Part shown: positions 31,295-41,369 of the stretch, piece by piece
How the letters are laid out: each line of letters starts with the position of its first letter
How positions within the stretch are numbered: the first letter of the stretch is position 1
Assembly (NCBI GenBank): GCA_947451105.1
Contig: CANFXY010000001.1
Location: 280 to 64,279 of the forward strand
Source of the DNA: Bacteroidota bacterium
Lineage (GTDB): Bacteria > Bacteroidota > Bacteroidia > NS11-12g > UBA955
Direction of reading: 5' to 3'
DNA: 64,000 bases
Notes under the pieces: model-generated
The model's input: only the letters and a program-made list of their open reading frames with translations
What the model was told of the DNA's origin: nothing
Databases searched by the model: none
Made by a program: the position numbers and the translations under genes

Positions 31295-32335
31295 ATGGTT
31301 AAATTAAGTTTGATATTTTTAGGCGTGTTTTCTTTATACAATGCCTACGAATGCTCAGAAAGTTCTAATGCTTTTCCTGCAAATCAACTTAGCGTGGCTT
31401 TCTATAATGTTGACAATCTATACGACACAATCGATGACCCTAAAACCTTTGATGATGAATTCACCCCATTTGGGAAAAACAAATGGAGTTCATACAAATA
31501 TGCTCAGAAATTAAAAAAGCTAAGCAAGGTGCTCTCAAACTTCGATGGGAACACCCCGCCGGATGTCCTAGGCGTATGCGAAATTGAAAACAAATCTGTT
31601 CTTAATGATTTGGCAAATGCAATTTCTCCGTCAAAATACGAAATTGTACATGTCGATTCTCGAGATGAAAGAGGGGCAGATGTCGCTCTTCTATTTAGCA
31701 TACAAAAACTCAAACTCTTAAGTTTTAAAAAATATACACCTGTAATGAGTGGCGATACTTCTGACAGAACGCGCGATATACTTTGGGTGAAGCTTTTGTC
31801 TATTAATTCATTGGATACGCTGCAATTTATAGTTTGCCATTTCCCTTCTAGAAGAGAGGGGCAAATTAAAAGTGAACCCAAACGAATTGATGCCGCTAAG
31901 CTATGCAAAAAAATCATAACTGAAAATTGTAACTTAAGTGTTCAACATTTAATTGTAATGGGCGATTTTAACGATGAACCTTTCAATAAATCTATGCAAG
32001 AAGTTATAGGGGCCGCTAATATTAAAAAACAAGTAGAAGCCCCTATTGTGAATTTGATGTATCAATATTCGGAAAAAGGCGAGGGCACCTACCGATTTAA
32101 GGACCAGTGGAATGCATTGGATCAATTCCTATTGAGTCGCAAATTGCTCAAAACTAATTCTATGCATTATGTTCCCAATTCAGTGTTTATAAAAAATGAA
32201 ACTTGGATGTTTCAAACCGGGAAGTTTTCAGGCTATCCATACAGAACTTTTGCAGGTAATAAATGGTTAAATGGTTACAGTGACCATTTGCCAATTGGTT
32301 TAAGAATTCAATTTGATGATAAGAAAAAAAATTAA
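31295..32335 (+). CDS. Secreted endonuclease/exonuclease/phosphatase (EEP)-family protein
   Basis: Signal peptide. EEP motifs (VAFYNV, GVCEIEN, VMGDFND, SDHLPI). 3' end overlaps the ppk1 start by 23 nt. Confidence 0.75.
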   Translation: MVKLSLIFLGVFSLYNAYECSESSNAFPANQLSVAFYNVDNLYDTIDDPKTFDDEFTPFGKNKWSSYKYAQKLKKLSKVLSNFDGNTPPDVLGVCEIENKSVLNDLANAISPSKYEIVHVDSRDERGADVALLFSIQKLKLLSFKKYTPVMSGDTSDRTRDILWVKLLSINSLDTLQFIVCHFPSRREGQIKSEPKRIDAAKLCKKIITENCNLSVQHLIVMGDFNDEPFNKSMQEVIGAANIKKQVEAPIVNLMYQYSEKGEGTYRFKDQWNALDQFLLSRKLLKTNSMHYVPNSVFIKNETWMFQTGKFSGYPYRTFAGNKWLNGYSDHLPIGLRIQFDDKKKN

Positions 32336-34388
32336 AACAATTAATAGAGAGTTAAGTTGGCTTTCGTTCAATGACCGTGTGCTTCAGGAAGCAAATGATG
32401 TCCATGTTCCTTTGCTGGAGCGTTTAAAGTTTTTGGGGATATTCTCATCCAACCTTGATGAGTTTTTTCGCGTGCGTGTTGCAACAAATAAAAGAATGCT
32501 TCAAGTTAAAAACACCAAAACAAACACGATTAACAAAAAGGAAATACAAGAAGCGCTTCAAGATATTTACAACAAAGTTGTCATTCAGCAGGTTAAATTC
32601 AATAATATTTACAACCAGTTACTGGATGAATTCAAAAGTAAGAATGTGTATTTTGTTAACGAAAAGCAAATAAACATTCAGCAGACATTAGAAGTAAGAA
32701 AATACTTCAAAGACGAGATAATAAACACTATTTTCCCTTTGATCTTAGACGAAAAACGATCTTTCCCTTTTTTAAGAGATAACACCGTTTATTTAGCCTG
32801 TAAATTAAGCAATTCAATTTCGAAAGAAAAAAAATATGCGTTAATCCCTTTGCCAACCAAAGTTAAGAAACGTTTTTTTCAATTGCCAAAGCAAGGTGGA
32901 AACACCTACATGATGTTTATCGATGACGTGATTAGATGTAACCTTGATGTTGTTTTTTCAAGTTTTGAATTTAATGTTTTTGAAGCTTATACCATTAAAT
33001 TAACCAGGGATGCCGAAATCGATTTAGAAAGCGATGTTTCTCTAGATATTCTTGACACGATTAAAAACTCCTTAAAACAAAGAAAGAAAGGCCAGCCTGT
33101 TCGGTTGATATACGACCAAGAAATGCCAAAGGATTTTATAAAGTTTATCAATCAAAAATTAAAACTTTCTAAAGATGAGTTGATTCCTGGCCAGCGCTAC
33201 CATAATTTTAGGGATTTCATTGGCTTCCCTGACATCAAAAAAACAGATTTAAAGTACCAAAATCTGGAACCTTTGTCTATGCCAGAACTCGATAAAGCTA
33301 AGACCTTGTTTAATGCCATGAGAAGCAAGGATTTTTTACTTAACCATCCTTATCAACCCTTTAGTTATATTATTCGTTTGTTGAGAGAAGCCGCAATAGA
33401 TCCGAATGTGGTCAGCATTAAAATTACTTTGTACAGGGTTGCAGAAAATTCAAATGTGGTGAATGCGCTAATAAATGCCGTTAAAAACGGCAAAAAGGTC
33501 ATCGTGATGATGGAGTTAAAAGCAAGATTTGACGAAGAGCACAATATTTATTGGAGCAATAAATTAAGAGAAGAGGGCGCTACCGTTTTGTTTACCATTC
33601 CAAGTTATAAAGTGCACACCAAAATGTGTCTCATCACACGTAAAGAGAAAACCGGATTGAAAAACTATGCCCATCTTGGAACTGGTAACTACAATGGTGA
33701 AACTGCAAAGTTTTACTGCGACCATTCTGTTCTTACCAGCAACAAGAGAATTACGGATGAATTGTCTAAAGTCTTCAAATTGATTGCCGACTTCAAGCCT
33801 GAAAAATACAAATTCAATTCAATCTTAGTTTCACCTATTAATTTGCGCTCTTCTATCTTGAGGCTAATTGATGCTGAGATTTCAAACAAAAAGGCGGGGA
33901 AGGAAGCATACGTAATCATGAAAATGAATAGTTTGGTCGATTTGGAAATTATCGACAAATTGTATGCAGCCAGCAATGCTGGGGTGCGCGTTGATTTGAT
34001 TGTAAGAGGCATTTGTTGCTTGGTTCCCGGTATAAAAGGCAAAAGCGAAAATATTCATGCAATTAGTATCGTCGATAAATTCCTAGAACATGCCAGGGTT
34101 TATGTATTTGCAAATGCAGGTAGGGAGCGCATTTATATGGGGTCAGCAGATATGATGACAAGGAACCTTGACAGTAGGATAGAGGTTTGCTTCCCTGTAA
34201 TTAGCGCAGATATAAAAAAGGAAATTCGAAAAATGTTGGATATTCAGCTTTCAGATAATTCAAAGGCTCGTATTCTAGATGCTTATCAAATCAACGAATA
34301 CAAACCCAATGGTATTCCTAGAATTCGCTCTCAAGTTGAGTTTTACAATTATTTAAAAAATAAATATGAAACCAATATCTCAATTTAA
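32313..34388 (+). CDS. ppk: Polyphosphate kinase 1
   Basis: 691 aa. N-terminal RELSWLSFNDRVLQEA, catalytic HTKMCLI region, two PLD-like C-terminal domains. Confidence 0.95.
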   Translation: MMIRKKIKTINRELSWLSFNDRVLQEANDVHVPLLERLKFLGIFSSNLDEFFRVRVATNKRMLQVKNTKTNTINKKEIQEALQDIYNKVVIQQVKFNNIYNQLLDEFKSKNVYFVNEKQINIQQTLEVRKYFKDEIINTIFPLILDEKRSFPFLRDNTVYLACKLSNSISKEKKYALIPLPTKVKKRFFQLPKQGGNTYMMFIDDVIRCNLDVVFSSFEFNVFEAYTIKLTRDAEIDLESDVSLDILDTIKNSLKQRKKGQPVRLIYDQEMPKDFIKFINQKLKLSKDELIPGQRYHNFRDFIGFPDIKKTDLKYQNLEPLSMPELDKAKTLFNAMRSKDFLLNHPYQPFSYIIRLLREAAIDPNVVSIKITLYRVAENSNVVNALINAVKNGKKVIVMMELKARFDEEHNIYWSNKLREEGATVLFTIPSYKVHTKMCLITRKEKTGLKNYAHLGTGNYNGETAKFYCDHSVLTSNKRITDELSKVFKLIADFKPEKYKFNSILVSPINLRSSILRLIDAEISNKKAGKEAYVIMKMNSLVDLEIIDKLYAASNAGVRVDLIVRGICCLVPGIKGKSENIHAISIVDKFLEHARVYVFANAGRERIYMGSADMMTRNLDSRIEVCFPVISADIKKEIRKMLDIQLSDNSKARILDAYQINEYKPNGIPRIRSQVEFYNYLKNKYETNISI

Positions 34389-34911
34389 AATATTGTTTTT
34401 CTCTTCTCTTTTCTGCTTTGCAGTAAATAATAATTTGCAAGCACAAGAAATTGGATACAACCTTGGTGTGAATAAGCTAGGTATTCAGGCTTCTGCATTT
34501 CAACCCGTTTATGGATTTTCTATTGGATATAAGCTAAATAAATACCTGGCTTTAGAAACCAACTTCTTATACAGTCAAAGGACCCGCGGCAATATGGTTC
34601 AGTCGGATTACTTGAGTTTTGTTTTAATGCCGAAGTTTGGTTATTTTGATAAGCGGTATGGATTGTATTGTGGCCCCGCTATTCTTTTAAATCCAAGTCT
34701 CGATCACAGCAACAATCAAAACCATACCTATTTTTCTACTTTTCAAGCAATCGGCGGTCAGCTTAATATACGTCCAGAGTTAATATTGGACGTTAAATTA
34801 GTGTATGATATTGGCCTAAGTGGTGGGTTTTTTGACAATGGAACATATCAAAAATATAAAGGACCCATGCTCTTGTTTGGAATGAAACTGAAAATAAACA
34901 ACATCAAGTAA
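34366..34911 (+). CDS. Small outer-membrane beta-barrel protein (OmpW/OmpA-like porin family)
   Basis: Signal peptide. Alternating amphipathic beta-strands with aromatic residues (GFSIGYKLNKYLALETNFLYS). Overlaps the ppk1 3' end. Confidence 0.55.
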   Translation: MKPISQFKILFFSSLFCFAVNNNLQAQEIGYNLGVNKLGIQASAFQPVYGFSIGYKLNKYLALETNFLYSQRTRGNMVQSDYLSFVLMPKFGYFDKRYGLYCGPAILLNPSLDHSNNQNHTYFSTFQAIGGQLNIRPELILDVKLVYDIGLSGGFFDNGTYQKYKGPMLLFGMKLKINNIK

Positions 34912-34959
34912 GTTTTATACGATCCACTCTGGGATTCAACACAAACTACTTTTGTTTTA

Positions 34960-35745
34960 TCAACTCCCTTTTTTCTTACCTATAACAATATAATGCCTGC
35001 CAAATAATTGTTTGAAATTGTATTTGCTGATTTTTAAGGCCAAAGATAAATTGGTTTTTCGACTAAATAAGTACAGCATTTGAAAAGGATATACAGCAAG
35101 CGCAAATGGAAGAAATATAAAGTCCTTTGCACAAAAAGAAGTGTAAATTATTTTCTCAATTTCAATGTTGTTTTTTCTTAAGATTCTCGTCAAATCTTGA
35201 ATGAGCACCAATTGGGTTAATGTCTCATGGTCTTCAAATAATTGATCAAAAATTCTAAACCGTCCAAGAAACAAATAGGACAATCGGTCTTTAATCGTTG
35301 CTGGGTTATCATTGGTTATGATAATGGTACCATCTGGATTTAATCTTTTGATGCTGTTAACTAAAAAGTTTTCGGTATTTCCAAACATCATAATACCACT
35401 AATACAGGTAATTATGTCAAATTTTTCTTCTTCAGCGGTCGTAAAGTTTTTACTTAAATCCATTTGGGTAAAAAGCACTTTATTATTTGACGGAGGGGTA
35501 AATAAATCAAATCCTTCTAATTCCCATTTTGGAAATAAAATATGCACGTAATTTAAAAACTCTAATTTACCACAGGGTAGATCAAGAATTTTTTTCTCAG
35601 AACTATCATTATATCTATTTAAGAGCTCTTCTAATATTATTTTATTTACCCCTTTTTGAGTTTGTCCACGAAGTATTTCTAGATTTTGAGGTATTCTTTT
35701 TACAGGAGAATTCATTGGGTTGATTTTCGGTTTTATCGTTAGCAT
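34960..35745 (-). CDS. Class I SAM-dependent methyltransferase
   Basis: Motif I ILDLPCGKLEF, motif II FDIITCISGIMMF, post-I acidic residue. Confidence 0.6.
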   Translation of the reverse strand: MLTIKPKINPMNSPVKRIPQNLEILRGQTQKGVNKIILEELLNRYNDSSEKKILDLPCGKLEFLNYVHILFPKWELEGFDLFTPPSNNKVLFTQMDLSKNFTTAEEEKFDIITCISGIMMFGNTENFLVNSIKRLNPDGTIIITNDNPATIKDRLSYLFLGRFRIFDQLFEDHETLTQLVLIQDLTRILRKNNIEIEKIIYTSFCAKDFIFLPFALAVYPFQMLYLFSRKTNLSLALKISKYNFKQLFGRHYIVIGKKKGS

Positions 35746-35928
35746 ACAGTAAACAATTAATTTACTAGAATTTATTTTTTACAATTGTTTTTAAGTGTAA
35801 AAACTATCCAACAAATTTATGCTTTATTTAGATAATAAAGAAAATTATTCTTTCGTAAGTAATTGATTTAAAATTGTTAAAGTGTGTTAAATTAAATAAT
35901 TTAAATTTTTTAAATAGATTTTTTATAA

Positions 35929-35964
35929 TAAAAAGGGATTAGACAATTCCAATCCCTTTTTTTG
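35929..35964 (-). terminator. Hairpin + T-tract terminator downstream of the adhesin gene
   Basis: AAAGGGATT-(10 nt loop)-AATCCCTTT flanked by A and T runs, ~25 nt after the stop at 35985. Confidence 0.65.
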
Positions 35965-35984
35965 ATTCCATCATTTTTGTTTTT

Positions 35985-38900
35985 TTATATTTTAATAATA
36001 TTCTGGACAAACAATTGGTTTTCTATTTCAACTTTAACCACATAGCTTCCAGATTCAAAATTTGTACAATTGATGTTTAAGTTTCCTTGTGATTCTATTG
36101 AATAAATTATTTGTCCATACATGTTATAGATTTTTAAACTGTATTCTTTATTCAAATTATTTTCAAAATTTAAGGTCCCATTTGTAGGGTTGGGGAATAT
36201 TTTAATTAAATTAGACAACGTTTGCTTATCCACAGATAGGCTGGTAATAGTAACTGTTTGGGAATTCCCAACACAAGTTCCATTGCTGCTTTCAACATAA
36301 TATGTGCCTAAGCTTACTGCGCGATAGGTTTGAGCTGTTGCATTCTGAATAGGGGCTCCATTTAAGTACCATTGGTTGCCATTTGTTTCGGAAGAAGTTA
36401 GTATTACATTATTAACGGTAATACTTGGACTAGGTGTTCTGTTTACCACAACATCTACACTATTGGACAAAGCATTGCATTTATATTGGTTGCTGAGTTC
36501 TGCAAAATATGTACCGCTGGTTTTAACTTTTATTGTTTGAGTTGTGTCACCAGTATTCCATAAATAGCTTAGACCACTAAAGGCAGAAAGGTAAACTGAA
36601 TCTCCTTGACAAAAGGTTAATGGACCGCTGTTACTAATTGTTTCTGATGGCGATGGGTAAACCGTTACTTGAATGGTATCAGATTTTACTTGACAACCAT
36701 TTGCATCTAAGCCAACAAAAGAAAATGATCCGGTTTGGTTCGCTCGAATCTTTGCAGTACTTGCAGCATTGCTCCATAGGTAAGTGCCACTAAAACTTGA
36801 ACTTAAATCCACAAAAGAACCATTGCAAAATGTTGTTTTATCGCTTTTGATAATTTTTTGTTGTGGCAAGATTGACACACTGACAACCATAGTATCGGAA
36901 TTGGAAAAACACCCATTTGTATCTGTTCCTTTTAAATAGTAAGTTCCTGAATTGTTTACATTTATACTTTGACTGCTGCTTGAATTTGACCATAAATAGC
37001 TGCCATTAAAAGTCGTCGATAAACTAACTGATTTGCCTTGACAAAAGCTTAGTGGTCCATTTGCACTAAGCTTGATAATTGGATTAGGGTTGACCGTAAT
37101 TGACTTTTGCACGCTTGAGCTAATACAACCATTTGAATCTGTTATGGTTAATGCATATGTTCCTGTTTTTGAAATTGTAATACTTTTAGTTATTGAATCA
37201 TTGCTCCATTTGTATGATTTTGCATCATTGGAAATTAAAATCACATTAGAACCCTGGCAGAATGCAACTGGGCCTTTGGCTGTTATAGTTGCGGTAGGGT
37301 TTGGATTGATTACGACCGCCAAAACCATAGAAGTAGATTGACATCCATTAGCATCGGTTACTTTCACGAAATAATTTCCGGAAGAGTTAACGGAAATTGA
37401 TTTTGAAGTAGATGAATTGCTCCAAAGATATGAACTACCATTGTTTGCAGTAAGTGTAGTTGATTGCCCTTGACAAATTTTCGAATTTGGTGTTGTGATT
37501 TCTGCGGTATTAAATTTTGGTTCAAAACTCAGCTCAATTAAAGAAATACATTGTCCATAGTTCACCCATTGTCTACTAATGAAGTTCAATCTAAAGGCGC
37601 TTGGTTTGCTCCACTTACTCGTATTGTCAAATGGGGCAGCGGTAACTGGTGCAAAATCACCATAAGTAAAAGTAATTACTCCATTGCTATTTACCTCCAA
37701 TGTAAATGCTTGATTTTTATGAACAATCGAATTTAATATAGCATTACTTTTTGTGACAATTGATTTACCATTAATTTTTATTGAAGCAGGACTTGTATTT
37801 CCTTGATAAATCATCTCTTGGGTAATCCTCGCTATGATTTTACCTGAATTATCAACTAAGTCGATATACAAACCACCAATTTCATTGGTTACTATTGGGA
37901 AGTTTTCATCCAAATTCATAACACCTTTTAGTTTATAAGAGCTTAAACAGGTGTTTGGAATTACTAGGTCTCTGCTAACAGAATAACTTACGCTGTCTTT
38001 ACAGAAACGGGCAACTAAATCTGGTTTTTCTTTTGTTTGCGATCTAACTCCGGTTTTAATATTCCAAAAGTTTTGCCAATTGATGTTAATTTCATTTGTT
38101 GGATTTCTTGACCATCCATATAGGTCATTTTCTAAAATATTGCCGTGATTTAATCCTTCTAATAAATCTATATTTGATGCATAATCCGGAGTTTCAGATG
38201 GCAATAAGCAAGCAGTCGGAATTATTTGGATGCTCTGTGATGAGCAAGACCATAACAAATCAGCAGTACCGCCATTTATTTCCATTTTAATTCTATACTG
38301 TATGCCTGCTATTAAAGCAATTGTAGAAGATGAATATTGGGTAAGGCTGCTGTTAGACCAATTGTCAATAATCAAATTTCCATTAACCCATAGTCTTACA
38401 CCTTTAGATGTTTTAGTATAGAAAGTATAGCTTTGAGAATACAATGGCACAACAAAACCCGTCCATCTGCATGAAAAATCTGTTTTGCTTGAAATTTGTG
38501 ATGGTGGAATTGTGAGTTTGATTGTGGAATCGACCCGTGAGGTTTTGAATTTTAAATTGTTTAATTTATTCCCATCATAATATGAACCAAGCAATCCTCC
38601 ATTTACATTTTTTAAAGTAATATTTGAATTTTGCACAGCAATGCTGTTAAGTCCTGAAATTTTCCATCTATGGATACCTGCATGAACGCTTTCATCATTA
38701 TGGTATAAATAATAATCAGAGCCAACTTTTACAATTGAAGATGAAAATACATTTCCAGCACCCATAGCAAATGCTTCTTCATTATATGCCTCGCCTTCTA
38801 ATGTGGTTATTCCAAATTGACCAACCATTAAGCCATCATCACTGTATTGATTCCAAATATTGGTTTGTGAGTTTTTCCAAAATTCACCATGATAGTTCCA

Positions 38901-40973
38901 GAAGATATTATTGTCAACTGTGTATACTTCTCCTCCAGGATACTCTACGCCATTGCTTTCGTCAAATGTACCATCTTTGGGCATTGGACCTTGGTATCCA
39001 TATGGTGTTGATTTACAAGTTAACCATTTCCATTTATTGGTTCCCTTTTTAATAGCACCCAAATGATATTGAGTTCCACTCAGTCCTGTTTTCCATTTAT
39101 TAAAACAAATCAACATATCAGAATTTGTTTTAACTGGAAATGAATTTGCATCATTTAATGGGTCTTCAATAATTTTCTTTGGAGTACTCGCAATTGTTGT
39201 AGGAGTAGACCAAACAGGATTGTTTTGGCTAAAGCCTGTTAATGTTCTTGATTCCCAATGACCAAATTTTCCAACTGTGCCATCTCCAATTAATGTTCGA
39301 ATAGTTCCATCACTGTCAATAATAAAGTTTTCAAATGAATTAAATACCAAACCTGTATAGCGAAGGTGACCAGTTGAAGGAAGTTCAACAATCTCTGGAA
39401 TTGGCAACGAATTGCCAAAGTTTTGCACAATCGCATATGTTCTTCCATTGCTAAGCGTTATGACGTTTCTCAGCACATCAGCTTTGTAGTCTTGGTAATA
39501 ATTTGATTTTATACCAGCTCTCCAATTTCTTAATAAGACCCAAGAACCGTTATTTGGTGCTAAGGTTTTTGAATAGTCGATTTTATATTCCAGGTATTCA
39601 TTGAACACTCTTGTTGGATTGTTTTTGTCCACTTCAACACTGTATGAATGCGGCAAAGAGGCTATGCAATTGATGAAAGATCGCGAAGCTGTATAGTGCT
39701 GAATTCTTTCATTGCCTGGGTCTCCAACCCAAAAAGAACTGTCTGCTTGAAAGGCGATGAAAGAACCTTTTATTTCTGTAGCTGGATGACTGAACATGAA
39801 TTTGTCGTTGCTTACAGAAGGGTCGGTAGAAAATCCACCGTATTGGCCTAGTGTCCATACCAATGTCCCAGTTGTATTGTTAAATGCTTTTACTTGTTGC
39901 GAATTTCCACCATCGCTTACCGCTATAATATAGTTGTTTGGCGAAACTGATATTGCAAGTGGCTCAAGTAGATTTCCGATGCTAAGTGTTGGAGCGGATA
40001 AAGTACCATTGCTGTTAATAGTAAATTTTTGCACAGTGTTGGTGCCTGAAATCATCCATAGATTGTCATTCATGTCAACACAAAGTTGGCGGGCATTTGT
40101 AATGGAAATATTTTGAACCAATGCGCCAGTTGTTTTATGTATAACGTGTAACTCATTTAAGCTGGCATGGGCAACAAATAAATAATTGCCGTTTTTTTGA
40201 ACTGCAATTCCTGAAATTCTTGCAAGTTTGTTGTTTGTATATGCATCGATAGCGGAAACATATGTTCGACCATAGGTTGCGCTGATAGAGACTCCATTAG
40301 AGAAAGTGGTTTCTTGGTCATTTGACACTTTTGTGGCATATACGAAACATTGGGCGGTGTTATATGGGTCAAATCCTGCCCAATAGACATTGTTTCCATC
40401 GGTACAGGTGAAATCGCTTTCTTGGTCTATTGGGTTGTTTTCACCCATCATGAGGCCAATTTTGCTTTGTATATTTTGTAAGCTAAATTTGTAAGCTGAG
40501 GTAATTCCTTCTGCATACCCAGTAGCATAATAAGCAAAGTTGCCAAAAATGGCCATTGATTTTGGACGGGCAAAATAACGGTGTTTACTCGACCCAGTCA
40601 TAGAGTCGGAAGTATTACCGATGCAAGCACCTTCCCAAGTATACGTTACATTGTTCGATAATACGCGAACAACAAAGCTGGTATCCTTTACAAGAAAACC
40701 ATTGTCATCTTTCCTGTCCCAATATTTGGTATAGCTTCCAGAAGCAAATTTCACGTTGCTCCATAGAGTGCGCACCAAAATGCTATCTTTTGTAAATATT
40801 CCTGCGCTGGTTGTGGCAGCTGTATTTAATGTAAAATTAATAGGAACCAATGCATTTTGAGACTGTAGCTCCATTAAGTTCAGTGAAAATGCACAGGCTA
40901 AAAGAAAGCGAAAAATTGGTTTCTTGTAAAAGACGCTAAGTCTTTTGGGTTCTGAATTCATTTTTGATTTCAT
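35985..40973 (-). CDS. Giant T9SS-secreted multidomain surface protein (beta-propeller + PA14 + 6 tandem Ig-like domains + T9SS CTD)
   Basis: 1662 aa. Signal peptide. NHL/beta-propeller-like N-region. PA14-like segment (SCRWTGFVVPLYSQSYTFYTKTSKGVRLWVNGNLIIDNW). Six ~70-aa repeats (NPNP..GP..FCQG.SV.L...SYLWSN..T..SI.V..SGTY....TD.NGC). Type-A T9SS sorting domain at the C-terminus (KIFPNPTNGTLNFE...YVVKVE). Confidence 0.9.
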   Translation of the reverse strand: MKSKMNSEPKRLSVFYKKPIFRFLLACAFSLNLMELQSQNALVPINFTLNTAATTSAGIFTKDSILVRTLWSNVKFASGSYTKYWDRKDDNGFLVKDTSFVVRVLSNNVTYTWEGACIGNTSDSMTGSSKHRYFARPKSMAIFGNFAYYATGYAEGITSAYKFSLQNIQSKIGLMMGENNPIDQESDFTCTDGNNVYWAGFDPYNTAQCFVYATKVSNDQETTFSNGVSISATYGRTYVSAIDAYTNNKLARISGIAVQKNGNYLFVAHASLNELHVIHKTTGALVQNISITNARQLCVDMNDNLWMISGTNTVQKFTINSNGTLSAPTLSIGNLLEPLAISVSPNNYIIAVSDGGNSQQVKAFNNTTGTLVWTLGQYGGFSTDPSVSNDKFMFSHPATEIKGSFIAFQADSSFWVGDPGNERIQHYTASRSFINCIASLPHSYSVEVDKNNPTRVFNEYLEYKIDYSKTLAPNNGSWVLLRNWRAGIKSNYYQDYKADVLRNVITLSNGRTYAIVQNFGNSLPIPEIVELPSTGHLRYTGLVFNSFENFIIDSDGTIRTLIGDGTVGKFGHWESRTLTGFSQNNPVWSTPTTIASTPKKIIEDPLNDANSFPVKTNSDMLICFNKWKTGLSGTQYHLGAIKKGTNKWKWLTCKSTPYGYQGPMPKDGTFDESNGVEYPGGEVYTVDNNIFWNYHGEFWKNSQTNIWNQYSDDGLMVGQFGITTLEGEAYNEEAFAMGAGNVFSSSIVKVGSDYYLYHNDESVHAGIHRWKISGLNSIAVQNSNITLKNVNGGLLGSYYDGNKLNNLKFKTSRVDSTIKLTIPPSQISSKTDFSCRWTGFVVPLYSQSYTFYTKTSKGVRLWVNGNLIIDNWSNSSLTQYSSSTIALIAGIQYRIKMEINGGTADLLWSCSSQSIQIIPTACLLPSETPDYASNIDLLEGLNHGNILENDLYGWSRNPTNEININWQNFWNIKTGVRSQTKEKPDLVARFCKDSVSYSVSRDLVIPNTCLSSYKLKGVMNLDENFPIVTNEIGGLYIDLVDNSGKIIARITQEMIYQGNTSPASIKINGKSIVTKSNAILNSIVHKNQAFTLEVNSNGVITFTYGDFAPVTAAPFDNTSKWSKPSAFRLNFISRQWVNYGQCISLIELSFEPKFNTAEITTPNSKICQGQSTTLTANNGSSYLWSNSSTSKSISVNSSGNYFVKVTDANGCQSTSMVLAVVINPNPTATITAKGPVAFCQGSNVILISNDAKSYKWSNDSITKSITISKTGTYALTITDSNGCISSSVQKSITVNPNPIIKLSANGPLSFCQGKSVSLSTTFNGSYLWSNSSSSQSINVNNSGTYYLKGTDTNGCFSNSDTMVVSVSILPQQKIIKSDKTTFCNGSFVDLSSSFSGTYLWSNAASTAKIRANQTGSFSFVGLDANGCQVKSDTIQVTVYPSPSETISNSGPLTFCQGDSVYLSAFSGLSYLWNTGDTTQTIKVKTSGTYFAELSNQYKCNALSNSVDVVVNRTPSPSITVNNVILTSSETNGNQWYLNGAPIQNATAQTYRAVSLGTYYVESSNGTCVGNSQTVTITSLSVDKQTLSNLIKIFPNPTNGTLNFENNLNKEYSLKIYNMYGQIIYSIESQGNLNINCTNFESGSYVVKVEIENQLFVQNIIKI
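36243..37515 (-). repeat. Six tandem ~210-nt intragenic repeats encoding Ig-like (CQG...SYLWSN...NGC) domains
   Basis: Protein-level tandem repetition counted from the translation (69+72+74+70+72+67 aa) just upstream of the 85-aa CTD. Confidence 0.8.
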
Positions 40974-41369
40974 TTTTTTGTATTGGATAAGTTGATGTTA
41001 AGTATTGGTATTATTAGGGTTTTTAACTTACTAGGTATTAAATCTTAGTGTTATAAAACCCCTAAATGATAAGTTATAATTTATTTTGTTATTCCTAATT
41101 GTTTTTCGAAAATGCCTGTTAAGTATTTGATATACAGTGCAATTTTTTTTTCAAAAAACAATTTTTTTAATGTATTTTATAATAAATCGAGACTATTTTT
41201 TTTTGATTAAGATTTTATAAACAAAAAAAAGTTCAATTTTTTCTGAATTAATAATTTCCCTGCTTTTTACTAAGGCTTATACATTGAAAGTTTCAATATT
41301 AATGCCACTTTAGATAAGTTTGTTTTAATAAAGTAATTGTATAACAATTACTTATAATTATACAAAAGT

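Noticed and set aside
36243-37515. Possibility that the adhesin repeats form a CRISPR-like or nucleotide-level tandem array
   Set aside because: Repetition is at the protein-domain level (~210-nt units with substantial divergence) inside a continuous ORF. No short direct repeats or spacers, and no cas genes.
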